DNA of 64,000 nucleotides from a bacterium (GTDB lineage: Bacteria > Zhuqueibacterota > Zhuqueibacteria > Residuimicrobiales > Krinioviventaceae). The position numbers were made by a program, and so were the translations under genes. Positions 29,938 through 40,271 of this stretch are shown here, piece after piece. Location of the stretch: the NCBI GenBank assembly GCA_963675755.2, contig CAXXMD010000002.1, forward strand, positions 928,001 through 992,000, read 5' to 3'. The stretch's first letter is position 1. Every line of letters starts with the position of its first letter. Below the pieces are notes generated by a model. It did no database searches. It was not told where the DNA came from and saw only the letters and a list, made by a program, of their open reading frames with translations.

Positions 29938-31182
29938 TTAATAAAAAACAAGACTTGAAAAAGAAACAAAAGAGTTATTTCCCATATCTGCAGTTTGATA
30001 ATCAACTAGATGCCCCGATTCGGGCGTTAAAAGCTCCAAAAGCGTGGTAATCGCTGAATATCCACAAATGTGGTAAAAATCGTTAGTAGATTGAATAATT
30101 TCCTGAAATCGCTCATTGTCCCAACCAATGAGTGATTGTATTAATGCGTTATCGTTAGCTTTCATTCTAGTTAAAAAGGATTTATCAACATTATGTGTAT
30201 TGTCATAATTTTGCCCAACATGCGCAAAATCCGCACTTGCGATGTAACAAACCCTCCCCTTGTATGTACTTAGAGCCTGTTTCAAACTGGTAACAAAATC
30301 ATTAAAAATAAGTTTATAATGTTCAAATCCCTTTTCAAAAATCATTGGAGAAAAAGAACACAATACAGGTAATATTTTAGCATCGGGATTAAGATATTTC
30401 AAGAATACAGTTTGAAATTCAATACTATGCTCATTTTTATGGACAAATTCATCATCCATAAAATCCGTTTGTGATGAACTTGATATTTGCTTAACTAAAT
30501 TCTTGTCAGTTTTTACAGTACCCAATGGAGTTTTAAAATCTTTTTCAGTTAACGCAAACAAATTCTTTAACCCCATATGCCCTATTCCAAATACAATATA
30601 TAAATCGGCACCGCTTTTATCTTTTAAACAATGATAGGCATGTACAAAACTTTTGGCACCCAGTTGTAGATCAATATGTGGAGCAATGATAGCTTTGGGA
30701 GATTTATCAAAAGGCTGTATAAAAGTAGAATTTGTATTTTTAAACAAATCATCTAAAAAAGATTCAAGTTCAACAGCGTTAGACGGGTAACTGCTGCCTG
30801 CACACGAAGGCAATCTTTCAGGCAATTGACGATATTCTGATTTAATTCTCTGCAGTTCTTGAGAAAATTGCAGTGAATTCAGCATAAAAGATTGATCAAG
30901 ATGTTTGATAAACTCCTGAATCTTGGTTTCAGGCACATTTTCATCAAAACTCTTTTTATAGATTTCCCAAATATCTTTTTTTGAATGAGAACCATCAAAA
31001 AATTGTAATAAATAAGCATAATCCTGAGTAATTAATAATTCAGTATCACTGATATCAAGGGTATCATAGAGTACAATATATTGAATACCATTTTGTTTGG
31101 TTGAGGTGAAATCAATTCCGGAACGAAGTTGAGGACAATAAATACTACTATTTAATTCAAATATGCGTTGCTCAATACTCAA
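29938..31182 (-). CDS. MEMO1-family (AmmeMemoRadiSam protein B) with an N-terminal extension
   Basis: AGSSYP, IAPHID, TPLG, EHSIEFQ, SADFAH and ICG motifs. Confidence 0.87.
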   Translation of the reverse strand: MSIEQRIFELNSSIYCPQLRSGIDFTSTKQNGIQYIVLYDTLDISDTELLITQDYAYLLQFFDGSHSKKDIWEIYKKSFDENVPETKIQEFIKHLDQSFMLNSLQFSQELQRIKSEYRQLPERLPSCAGSSYPSNAVELESFLDDLFKNTNSTFIQPFDKSPKAIIAPHIDLQLGAKSFVHAYHCLKDKSGADLYIVFGIGHMGLKNLFALTEKDFKTPLGTVKTDKNLVKQISSSSQTDFMDDEFVHKNEHSIEFQTVFLKYLNPDAKILPVLCSFSPMIFEKGFEHYKLIFNDFVTSLKQALSTYKGRVCYIASADFAHVGQNYDNTHNVDKSFLTRMKANDNALIQSLIGWDNERFQEIIQSTNDFYHICGYSAITTLLELLTPESGHLVDYQTADMGNNSFVSFSSLVFY

Positions 31183-31190
31183 ACTACTTT

Positions 31191-33239
31191 TTATCCTCTG
31201 TAATGTGATGAATTAGTATGGGCATATGGACTGATTATGGGAATTTGAATTTCATCACCGGGTTTAAGGTTATTCCATTTCAAATCCTTATTATAATAAG
31301 CAACCAGCCAATATGGAACATTAAATTTATATTTACAGAGATACCATATATTATCACCTGACTTTATCTGATAATTCTTTGTTCCAACAATAGAATAATC
31401 AGTATAGAATTTTTTTTGAAGATTGTCATGAAATTCAAGACGTTTGGATTCAAAATCTTCTTTGGATTGATTTACAAAATCAATCCTCAACTTTTGCCCA
31501 ACATGTATGCTACTTTTATAACTGATACGATTCAGCTTGCGAAGATGTCTTGAAGAGACATTTAACCAGTCAGCATAATGACCAAGCGTCTCATTTGGTA
31601 AAACCGTGATCCATTTTGAATTTTGAATTTCAAAGTTCAAAGATTTTTTTATATGTTCAAAAGGAACAACAATATTTTCTGCAAATGCCTCTGGCAGTTC
31701 TGGTCCCAAATGTGTTGTATTGGTATATGCGAAAAACATTGAATCTGGAGCATTTCTCACAATCGCTTTGGATTGATTTATGGACCGCTTGGCTGGAATT
31801 CTAGGACTTTTAGGTTTTTCCGGCTTTATAATATTGTCTGTAACCATTAAAGCTGTTTTACCAGTGGGTACCGGGGATTCCTGAATATGATCAGGATTAA
31901 TAAAATCATAAAATCCGGGGTCCGAGATTTTTGTTTGAATGCTTGTAAAAGCGGTATTTTCAGGTAAAACATCTTTTAACTGAAATACCAAAGTTGAAGA
32001 TTGCGTCATTGTAGCTAAATCTGTTAATAAATAAGAATAATCATTCAACTGTACCCATTGGTCCAAATCATTATTAAACTTTGAATAAACACCTGAATAT
32101 AAAAGATAAGGATCATAATGAAACAACTCGGGTATACGAAGTTCAAAATCTTTAGGTAATTGCCGGGAAGAATCCACAACTTTTTTGTGAAGGGCAGGAT
32201 TCAATTCTAAAATACTTGAAGAGTTTAGACCCAATTTTTGACTGATTGTTTTTATAGTAGCAGTTTCAGGAACCTTGAATAATGTATAGGTATCAGGTTT
32301 TTCAAATTCCAAAGTTCCAAAATAATGCTGATAGTTTTGACGGACTCTGATTGCTGCCACAAATTCAGCATAAAAATTCTTGGACGCAAAACCAAACGTT
32401 CTGCTTTTATAATTTTCAACAATTACACCAATATCTTTGGTTTTATATCTATTCATTGCTCGTTTCATACCATTGGGGCCATGATTATAAGCAGTAATAG
32501 CCAATGGCCAGGAACCTAACAACTGATAATTGCTTTTTAATAAACGAGCGGCTGCATCTGTCGCAGCAAAAGGGTCAAGTCGTTCATCTTCGTAATGATT
32601 GATATTCATATAAAGACGACCGGTGGAACGCATAAATTGCCAAACACCACTTGCGCCATATTTTGAATATGCTCTATTGGCAAAAGAAGATTCAACATGA
32701 GGTAGATAAACCAATTCATCAGGTAAACCATATTTTTTAAAAATAGCTTTAAATTCAGGCAGGTATTTACCAGAACGCTGAATGCCGGCCATAAAATCTT
32801 CTTTAAGCCCTCTTTGCCCTCTAATATCTTGAATTGCATTTTTATATTTATTAGGAGATTCATCTTCAAGCCATAATAAATATACTTCCAACTCTTTATT
32901 GGTTAATGTGGAAATATTAACAGAACCCATCTTGTCGAGCTTTTGTAATATTGCCTGATATTGATCTATTATAGCATTTATCTTTTTCCACTTGTTGCGC
33001 ATGGATGTTTCAGGACTAAAGTAATCATTCAAATTTACAATATCATATACAACTTTAGGATGGTTAGAGTCATGAATAACAACTTCACTTTTTGAATATA
33101 ATGAGAAAATGCGGACCCAGAATTCTACATTGGGCTCCAATTGCTTAGGCACGGGGAATTGGGGATTTGCAAAGGAAATTGATATCCAGCAAAGTAAAAC
33201 AACAATGATATTATAATGTTTTCGAGTATCCATTTTCAC
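31191..33239 (-). CDS. MltD-like lytic transglycosylase with LysM domains
   Basis: LPHVESSF, GVWQFM, AYNHG; C-terminal LysM (IKSGDNIW...LKPGD). Confidence 0.88.
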   Translation of the reverse strand: MKMDTRKHYNIIVVLLCWISISFANPQFPVPKQLEPNVEFWVRIFSLYSKSEVVIHDSNHPKVVYDIVNLNDYFSPETSMRNKWKKINAIIDQYQAILQKLDKMGSVNISTLTNKELEVYLLWLEDESPNKYKNAIQDIRGQRGLKEDFMAGIQRSGKYLPEFKAIFKKYGLPDELVYLPHVESSFANRAYSKYGASGVWQFMRSTGRLYMNINHYEDERLDPFAATDAAARLLKSNYQLLGSWPLAITAYNHGPNGMKRAMNRYKTKDIGVIVENYKSRTFGFASKNFYAEFVAAIRVRQNYQHYFGTLEFEKPDTYTLFKVPETATIKTISQKLGLNSSSILELNPALHKKVVDSSRQLPKDFELRIPELFHYDPYLLYSGVYSKFNNDLDQWVQLNDYSYLLTDLATMTQSSTLVFQLKDVLPENTAFTSIQTKISDPGFYDFINPDHIQESPVPTGKTALMVTDNIIKPEKPKSPRIPAKRSINQSKAIVRNAPDSMFFAYTNTTHLGPELPEAFAENIVVPFEHIKKSLNFEIQNSKWITVLPNETLGHYADWLNVSSRHLRKLNRISYKSSIHVGQKLRIDFVNQSKEDFESKRLEFHDNLQKKFYTDYSIVGTKNYQIKSGDNIWYLCKYKFNVPYWLVAYYNKDLKWNNLKPGDEIQIPIISPYAHTNSSHYRG

Positions 33240-33430
33240 CCACAGATTTTTAACCAGTCAGTTCTTTAGCTCAATACATTATGTATTTGTGGATGAGCTT
33301 TCATATTTTATTATATATACATAAAAAACATAAATTTGCAATAATCTAAACTGCAAATTTATTAAAAAAATATTATGCAACAATAATACCACGTTGAAGG
33401 GTATTTGCGGAACATTTTAAGATAATAAAA

Positions 33431-33898
33431 TCAGGTTAAAGGGTCAATATCTATTTCATCCCAATCTGCTTTATCCTTTGCCAAAAAGACATCGATGAAT
33501 TGAGGAAAGTTTTGAATGATATTCTTAACAATTTGCAAGAGTGTTTCTTTGTCATATTCTTCCAGCTGTTTTAAAATATTGGCAACATTAACAAAATCTT
33601 TACCATCAAAGATCCAGGAATACAACAATGCAACAGCATGAGTACATATTTGACGGGATTCTGAACATGTACAGGTAGATGATATTTCATTTTGATGCAA
33701 GCTAACTTGAACATCATGCCCTTGAACAAATGTACCTACACTTCCCAGTAATTTGTTTCGATACACAGTGGCGCGCTTGATTTCACAAGACTCGTAAAAT
33801 TCACGTGTTTTACCATCTGTAACATCTCTATCAAACAGTTCAACATTTTCAAGGGTTAATTCTTTTAATTCTTTAGAAATTTCATTATCTATATTCAT
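33431..33898 (-). CDS. SWIM zinc-finger protein
   Basis: CTC-x6-CTH motif. Confidence 0.75.
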   Translation of the reverse strand: MNIDNEISKELKELTLENVELFDRDVTDGKTREFYESCEIKRATVYRNKLLGSVGTFVQGHDVQVSLHQNEISSTCTCSESRQICTHAVALLYSWIFDGKDFVNVANILKQLEEYDKETLLQIVKNIIQNFPQFIDVFLAKDKADWDEIDIDPLT

Positions 33899-33907
33899 AA
33901 TAATCTC

Positions 33908-34840
33908 TTAATGACTTAGAAAATCCTGCATTTTCTTTTTACGTTTTTTTAATTCTGATATTTTTTTCTTTGCATCTTTAGCAAAATCGCCATCTGGATC
34001 GTTTTTGAGAACAAGCTCAAATTCGCTTATAGCATTATCATATTCATCACGATCTTTTTTATTGTACGACATTCCCATATAATAATGTGGTTCAGCGCGT
34101 TCAGGAAATAAAGCAGATGCATAGCCAAAAGCAACAATAGCATCCCAAAGACCGTTTTTATCACCTTTGCGAAATAATGGTAATGCAGTAACCATGTATT
34201 TTTGATATTTGGCTTCTTTAAAGTCTGGTTTTAATTCCAGAGCTTTATCTATCTCTTTCATGGCATTTCGATATTGTTTCTTTTTCTTGAAAGCAATGCC
34301 TGCCTGCAAATGTTCAGATGCTTTGTCTTTGAATTGCTCAAGAGAATCCAGCTTTATAGCAACATTTACCGAATCAGCAGAATTTTTAATTTTTTCAAAC
34401 CAACTTTTAGCATCTTCATGACGGCCAGCTTGAAGATAAGATTCTGCAATTTTTTTAATAATCAATGTACTGTTGGGATCATATGACAATGCATCTTTAT
34501 ATTGTTCTATAGCTTTATAATAGTCGTTTTTTTGATTCAGACTATCACCTTTAACTGCAAGAATTCTGGCAACTTTTTCTTTTGATACTGCATCATCAGG
34601 TAAATAAGTCAAAATGTTTTTATAAAAAACAAAGCTACTATCCAGGTTTTCCAATTTCATATAAGAATCTGCAATCAATTTCATTGCATCAGTATTTGTA
34701 GAATCTTTTTCAAGTGCTGCTTTACAAATTGAAATGGTTTGTCGATAATCACCTGACTCATATAAAGTATTTGCTTGTTTTAAAGGAGTACAAGCGACAA
34801 CTAGTAATAAAAAAATCCCAAAATATTTTAAAAACTTCAT
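33908..34840 (-). CDS. TPR-repeat lipoprotein
   Basis: Lipobox VVAC; tandem TPR units. Confidence 0.8.
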   Translation of the reverse strand: MKFLKYFGIFLLLVVACTPLKQANTLYESGDYRQTISICKAALEKDSTNTDAMKLIADSYMKLENLDSSFVFYKNILTYLPDDAVSKEKVARILAVKGDSLNQKNDYYKAIEQYKDALSYDPNSTLIIKKIAESYLQAGRHEDAKSWFEKIKNSADSVNVAIKLDSLEQFKDKASEHLQAGIAFKKKKQYRNAMKEIDKALELKPDFKEAKYQKYMVTALPLFRKGDKNGLWDAIVAFGYASALFPERAEPHYYMGMSYNKKDRDEYDNAISEFELVLKNDPDGDFAKDAKKKISELKKRKKKMQDFLSH

Positions 34841-34866
34841 TTATCCTCTAAATGTTCTTTCATGTT

Positions 34867-34944
34867 AAAAAAAATACCGAGACGTCCTGACAATCGGTTT
34901 AGGGGGGTCACCAATTGCGGGGGGTGGACGCTCGGTATTACAAT
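34867..34944 (-). ncRNA. Candidate structured small RNA (or elaborate terminator) with two unpaired C6 tracts
   Basis: GC-rich nested hairpin ending in a U8 tail; TTGCGT-17-TAAATT promoter-like element just upstream on the same strand. Confidence 0.5.
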
Positions 34945-35002
34945 CAAATCAATTTAACATTTTAAATCCAGAAACGCAATAGCTTTTTAAACAAGTTACG
35001 TT

Positions 35003-35656
35003 TTAATTCAATTCTACAAGCTGCGATTTTATTGCATATTTAACAAGTGCAGCAAAATTATCCAATTCTAATTTTTCCATGATACGGTAACGATGCGTTT
35101 CAACAGTTTTGATTGAAACATGAAGCATTTCAGCAACCTGTTTATTACTGTAACCTTCTGCCAGTAATTTAAGGACCTGTGCTTCCCTGTTCGTTAAAGG
35201 ACTCTCAACGGAAGCCCCGGATAAATTTGTATCTGACACCCAGGAACTGACAATCTGACGAGAAATAGGAGGACTAAGATACATCTCTCCTCGAGTTACC
35301 TGTTGAATTGCAGTCATGAGCTCTTCAGATGCAGAATTTTTCAACAAATAGCCTGAAGCACCATTTTTCAAACTTTGTTTGATATATTCTTCATGATCAT
35401 ACATACTTAAAACTAGAATTTTGGTCTCCGGGGAGACTGCTTTAATTTCTATTATAGCTTCCACACCTCGCAATTTAGGCATTGAAATATCAATAATCAT
35501 GATATCAGGTTGATGTTCTTGAGCAAGCTCAATGGCTTCATACCCATTACCACCTTCAGCAATAACAGAAACATCGGGAAACGTCATCAACAATTGTCGT
35601 AAACCTTCCCGGACCATTGTATGGTCATCTACTAAAATAATACTAAATTTTGCCAT
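35003..35656 (-). CDS. NarL/LuxR-family response regulator
   Basis: VDDH, DISMP, GYLLK, LTNRE...KTVETHR. Confidence 0.93.
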   Translation of the reverse strand: MAKFSIILVDDHTMVREGLRQLLMTFPDVSVIAEGGNGYEAIELAQEHQPDIMIIDISMPKLRGVEAIIEIKAVSPETKILVLSMYDHEEYIKQSLKNGASGYLLKNSASEELMTAIQQVTRGEMYLSPPISRQIVSSWVSDTNLSGASVESPLTNREAQVLKLLAEGYSNKQVAEMLHVSIKTVETHRYRIMEKLELDNFAALVKYAIKSQLVELN

Positions 35657-38600
35657 GATCCCCTTTGGTTATTGGAACACTTGCTATAATTGTAGTACCA
35701 TTACCTGGCACTGAGTCTAAACTAAACTCACCCTCTAGAAAATCAATTCGTTCCTGCATACCAATGATGCCAAAATGCAATGAACCATCAATCTTTTTAT
35801 GGTTTAAAACATCAAAACCAATACCATCATCTATTATGGATAAAGTAATGTGATCATTTTTTTTCAAAAGTTCAATAAAAACTTGATTTGCCTTTGCATA
35901 TTTTAATACATTATTTAAAGCTTCCTGAATGATTCTATAAAACGCGATTTCAGCTTCTTTTGATAAATATTCTGTTACAGGTTCAGTTTTAACCTTTACT
36001 TGAATCCCCCATTTCCCGGCGAACTCTTTGGCAAAATCTTTAATTGCAATCTCTAATCCAAAATCATCAAGCAATTGCGGACGTAATTCACTACATAGAT
36101 TTCTGGCTTCAATTATTGCTTTATTAAGTGTGGATTTGGATTCTGAAAGCATTTTTTTAGCTTTATCAATATTATTATCCAACGAAGAGGATACAGTAGA
36201 GATCTCAAATTTTAAAGCCGTTAACATTTGACCTAACGAGTCATGAATTTCTCTTGATATTTTTTCACGCTCTTCTTCCTGAAACTGTACAAGCCTGGCT
36301 GAAAATTTTCTGCTGGCATCAATTGCTTTGATCTGGTCGGTAATATCAATATTCATTCCTATATAACCAATTATTGAATTATCCAAAGTAATGATAGGAC
36401 TGAGTATGAGATTATAAACCAACGCCTCTTCATCACTGCCTATAAAAAATTCATTTACAACTGAAGTGTTGACTTTTTTAATTTCATTAATTGATAGTTC
36501 AATAGCTTCAACAAATTCATATTGATTCAAAACATCAGCTGGCCTTTTTTTAAGTACATTTCCCCATTTGTTTATAAATTGATTATTCGCATTTTGAAAA
36601 TGCCCATGCACACTCAGGCTAAAAATCTCATAAGGAATATTTTTAAACAAGGTTCTATATCTTGCTTCACTATTTTTCAATTCACGTTCAGCATATTTTT
36701 GTTTTGAAATATCTTTAATAAATCCTTCTACTCCCTTTACTATACCATTTTCAACAACGCGTCTGGCATTAAATCCAATCCAGTAGGGTCTTCCATATTC
36801 ATTAACCAATTCAAGCTGATGCCATTTAATGCTCTTGCCTCCCATTACCTGCCCATACATTTTTTTAACATAATCCATTTTAGGATCGGGATAATAATGA
36901 GCAAAGTCCTTTGACTTTATCTGCTCCAAAGTCAGACCTAAAATTTTCTCACAGTTTTCATTTAAATATTCTACTTGTTCATCTTTATTGATGAAAAAAT
37001 ATCCATCAATAGATCGTTCAATACTATTACGGAACCGAAGCTCTGATTCTTTAATCACTTGTTCAACCTGACGGAGTTTAGAAACATCCATAATGATACC
37101 ACGTAAACCAATGACTGTTTTTTCCCTAAGAATTGGAGATGAACGCATTATTACCGGAAAAATCGTTTTATCTTTACGTAGTGCAGTATATTCATGAGTC
37201 ATAGTGCCTTGATTACTCAAGTGTTTTATACTCTTTTTGGCCTTTTCACGATCAGAATCAATAAACAAATCAAACAAGTAAAAATCTTTTTCAAATTCTT
37301 TCTGGGTAAAGCCGGTAACATGTTGAGCGTGTTGATTAACAAAATTCAGCTTTCCATTTATATCCATTTCAAATACTATTTCCGGCAAAAGCTCTGCAAG
37401 TTCGCGGAAACGTTCCTCACTTGATCTCAATTCTGCTTCTATCCGCTTTTGCTCGGTTATATCACGACCAACACCCAAAATTGCATTGATTTCACCATTA
37501 TTATCCATAATTGAAGTATCAATCCACGAGAACCAACGCCAGCCATTCACAGTCATTGCCCGTTGCTCAACATAGCATTTAAATGGTGGACTGAACAATT
37601 TTTCCATTTCTTTGGCGGTATGTTCACGATCATCTTGATGTACAAGTGGGAAAAAGCTATTACCCAAAAGTTCCTTTTCTGTTTTCCCAAAAGTTTTGCA
37701 ATATGAAGGGCTAACAAATTGAAACTTGTTATGCAGATCTACCTTGACAACAAGGTCGGCCTGATTTTCAACAAGAATCTGGTATATTTCTTTACTTTCA
37801 ACAAGTTCTGCTTCAATTTTTTTTCGCTCAGTAATGTCCCGTGCAATACCCAATACTGCATAATAATCACCATTCTCATCAATCATAGGAACCAGTTGCG
37901 TACCCAACCACACATCTTTGTTCGGCATATCAGATTGGTGTTCAAAATACAAAGTTTTACCGGTTTTTAATGCAAGTTGTAAACGACTTAATTGACGTTC
38001 AGATGCCTTGAAATCAAAATATTTTTTTCGGGATTGCCCCATCATTTCTTCCGGATGGATTCCAAAATTTGATGCAGCATAATCATTTACATATATAATG
38101 ACATCATTTTTATCTACAATGAAAATATTGTCTTTCGCCGCTTCAGCAAGTGTGCGGTAGCGCTTTTCACTTTCAACTAATTTCCCCAAAATATCTTTTT
38201 CAAGAGTCACATCACGCATTAACCCGGTTATTGCTACGGGTTTATCATATTGGTCAGTCAAAATGGTTGCATCCACTTCAACAGTAATAGTCACGCCGTC
38301 TTTACGTAAAAGATTATATTCAACATTGTTATAAGAACCTTTAAAGTTGAGCTTTTCAAGATTTTTAATTGCGAGATCATGCTGTTCAGGTACTATGAAA
38401 TCAAAAAAACGTTTATTATCATTTATTAATTCTTCTCTACTTGAATATCCCAACATTTCGGCACATTTTTTATTAATTTGAATAACGCGTCCATCCAGAT
38501 CAGTTAAAGCGATACCCAATAATGAAGAGTCTACCAGAGATCTGTATTTTTTTTCATTATCAACAAGATCTTTTTCCATTTTCGTCTTGTCTGTTATATC

Positions 38601-40172
38601 TTTGAAAAAAGCAAGTAAACCAATAAATTCCTGATTACGGTTCAACAATACAGATGTGCTGGTTTCAATTCTTCTTTCTTCATCTCTAATATTTTTAACA
38701 TTATATTCAGAATTTAACGGCTTGCGGGTTTCTAATACACTTGCAATATTTTCTTTAACAATATCGAATTGATCTGGAAGTAAAAAGTCAAAAATACTGA
38801 ACCTGTCTTTTTGCGCCTGGTCAGGAGTATCATAACCAATCATTTCAACAGCAAATTGATTCAAATGTTGAAATACGCCATCACCATCAAAGATACCGAT
38901 ACCAATAGGAGCATTTTCAACAAGTTGTTGAAAATGGAGCTCCTGATCAAGCAAAGTGTCATACATTTGGTTTCGAAAGAAATATATTTTAATCATGTCT
39001 GCAAAGACCTGGAATAAATTTATTTCAAATGCCATCCATTCTCTGCTGCGTTTGGTTTCATCAAAGAAAATAATCCCAACGAGTTTTTTATCTATAACCA
39101 ATGGTAAAACAATTTGTGATTTTACACCCATTTCCAGCAACAAATCTTTAATATATTGTGCATTAGATGGCAATTGGTTCACATCAGAAATGACAATAAC
39201 TCTTTCGGCAAACAATTTATCTCTTCCCCACTCAAATGGGTTAAATTTAAGATCAAGTAATTGTTCACGAATTGACAATGCCCCTTCTTTACACCATTCT
39301 AGTAAATTAGAGACTTGATTCTTGTCATTGAATGTTACAACGGTTACTCTGTCAACATTAACTGTTTTTCCCATCTCACCAATACAATACTCAAAATCAT
39401 CAGTTTCAAATAAAATTTGAGTAATATTGGCAATTGTTTGATCAATATTAATAAACCTGTCAATAATACGTCCGTGAGAATACTTGTGGGAAATATTCTG
39501 AGCGACAGCTATCATACCTACAATACTATCCTTTTTAATAGGCATGCATTTTGTTTCAAACCATTGGGTTTGATTATTATCAAACTCTATATCATAAATA
39601 AATTTAAATTCTCTGGAATCAGAAATTAGGTTTTGAAAATCATCATCAATAGTACGAGTCAGTGACTTTTTCAGTAAATTTATAAAATGCTGTTGATATA
39701 ATTCGTGCCGAGATGATTTCATTTGTAAACAAAAGGCACTGTTTGCAAAAATGATATTACCTTTAATATCTGTTAAAAATACAGCTTCTTCCAACTGATC
39801 AGTCAAATTCAAAAATGCAGAGCGAATGTTTCCCAATTCATATAATTCATGAGTATGTATTGGTGAGAAATAAAAGACGATTATTTCAATTTCTTTATTA
39901 ATTATTTTATTATAATCCACTTTATATAATTGGTCCACATTGAAAATATCAGTGGTTTGTGGGGAATTGGATTCAAAATCTAGTTTAATGTTAAATAAAT
40001 TCTCAATATTTTCTCCCAACCAGGGAACCTTGTTATCAATAATATTTGATAAAAAATTCAAATTTGCCCCTAAAATTTCCCCTTTTAAATCGGTAATACA
40101 GGCAGGAACAGGTGAATTTTCAAGTATTAACAAATAATTAGAAATAAATGGGTTCTTGTTTTTTGTTGTCAT
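35643..40172 (-). CDS. Cytoplasmic multi-PAS/GAF sensor histidine kinase (HisKA_3/NarX type)
   Basis: About 9 PAS/PAC units ending in DIT-like motifs, one GAF, REIHDSLGQ, QEALNN, DDGIGF; no TM segment. Confidence 0.92.
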   Translation of the reverse strand: MTTKNKNPFISNYLLILENSPVPACITDLKGEILGANLNFLSNIIDNKVPWLGENIENLFNIKLDFESNSPQTTDIFNVDQLYKVDYNKIINKEIEIIVFYFSPIHTHELYELGNIRSAFLNLTDQLEEAVFLTDIKGNIIFANSAFCLQMKSSRHELYQQHFINLLKKSLTRTIDDDFQNLISDSREFKFIYDIEFDNNQTQWFETKCMPIKKDSIVGMIAVAQNISHKYSHGRIIDRFINIDQTIANITQILFETDDFEYCIGEMGKTVNVDRVTVVTFNDKNQVSNLLEWCKEGALSIREQLLDLKFNPFEWGRDKLFAERVIVISDVNQLPSNAQYIKDLLLEMGVKSQIVLPLVIDKKLVGIIFFDETKRSREWMAFEINLFQVFADMIKIYFFRNQMYDTLLDQELHFQQLVENAPIGIGIFDGDGVFQHLNQFAVEMIGYDTPDQAQKDRFSIFDFLLPDQFDIVKENIASVLETRKPLNSEYNVKNIRDEERRIETSTSVLLNRNQEFIGLLAFFKDITDKTKMEKDLVDNEKKYRSLVDSSLLGIALTDLDGRVIQINKKCAEMLGYSSREELINDNKRFFDFIVPEQHDLAIKNLEKLNFKGSYNNVEYNLLRKDGVTITVEVDATILTDQYDKPVAITGLMRDVTLEKDILGKLVESEKRYRTLAEAAKDNIFIVDKNDVIIYVNDYAASNFGIHPEEMMGQSRKKYFDFKASERQLSRLQLALKTGKTLYFEHQSDMPNKDVWLGTQLVPMIDENGDYYAVLGIARDITERKKIEAELVESKEIYQILVENQADLVVKVDLHNKFQFVSPSYCKTFGKTEKELLGNSFFPLVHQDDREHTAKEMEKLFSPPFKCYVEQRAMTVNGWRWFSWIDTSIMDNNGEINAILGVGRDITEQKRIEAELRSSEERFRELAELLPEIVFEMDINGKLNFVNQHAQHVTGFTQKEFEKDFYLFDLFIDSDREKAKKSIKHLSNQGTMTHEYTALRKDKTIFPVIMRSSPILREKTVIGLRGIIMDVSKLRQVEQVIKESELRFRNSIERSIDGYFFINKDEQVEYLNENCEKILGLTLEQIKSKDFAHYYPDPKMDYVKKMYGQVMGGKSIKWHQLELVNEYGRPYWIGFNARRVVENGIVKGVEGFIKDISKQKYAERELKNSEARYRTLFKNIPYEIFSLSVHGHFQNANNQFINKWGNVLKKRPADVLNQYEFVEAIELSINEIKKVNTSVVNEFFIGSDEEALVYNLILSPIITLDNSIIGYIGMNIDITDQIKAIDASRKFSARLVQFQEEEREKISREIHDSLGQMLTALKFEISTVSSSLDNNIDKAKKMLSESKSTLNKAIIEARNLCSELRPQLLDDFGLEIAIKDFAKEFAGKWGIQVKVKTEPVTEYLSKEAEIAFYRIIQEALNNVLKYAKANQVFIELLKKNDHITLSIIDDGIGFDVLNHKKIDGSLHFGIIGMQERIDFLEGEFSLDSVPGNGTTIIASVPITKGDHGKI

Positions 40173-40271
40173 TTGAATACTCGATAATTGTTATTATATT
40201 TTATATGAATATGATAATCTTAATTTTGACAAATTGCAATTCAATTATAAGGTAAAATCACCGGGATCTAT

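Noticed and set aside
33268-33299. Imperfect hairpin AGCTCA-ATACAT-T-ATGTAT...TGAGCT upstream of the MltD-like gene
   Set aside because: AT-rich, weak and with no recognisable RNA family features
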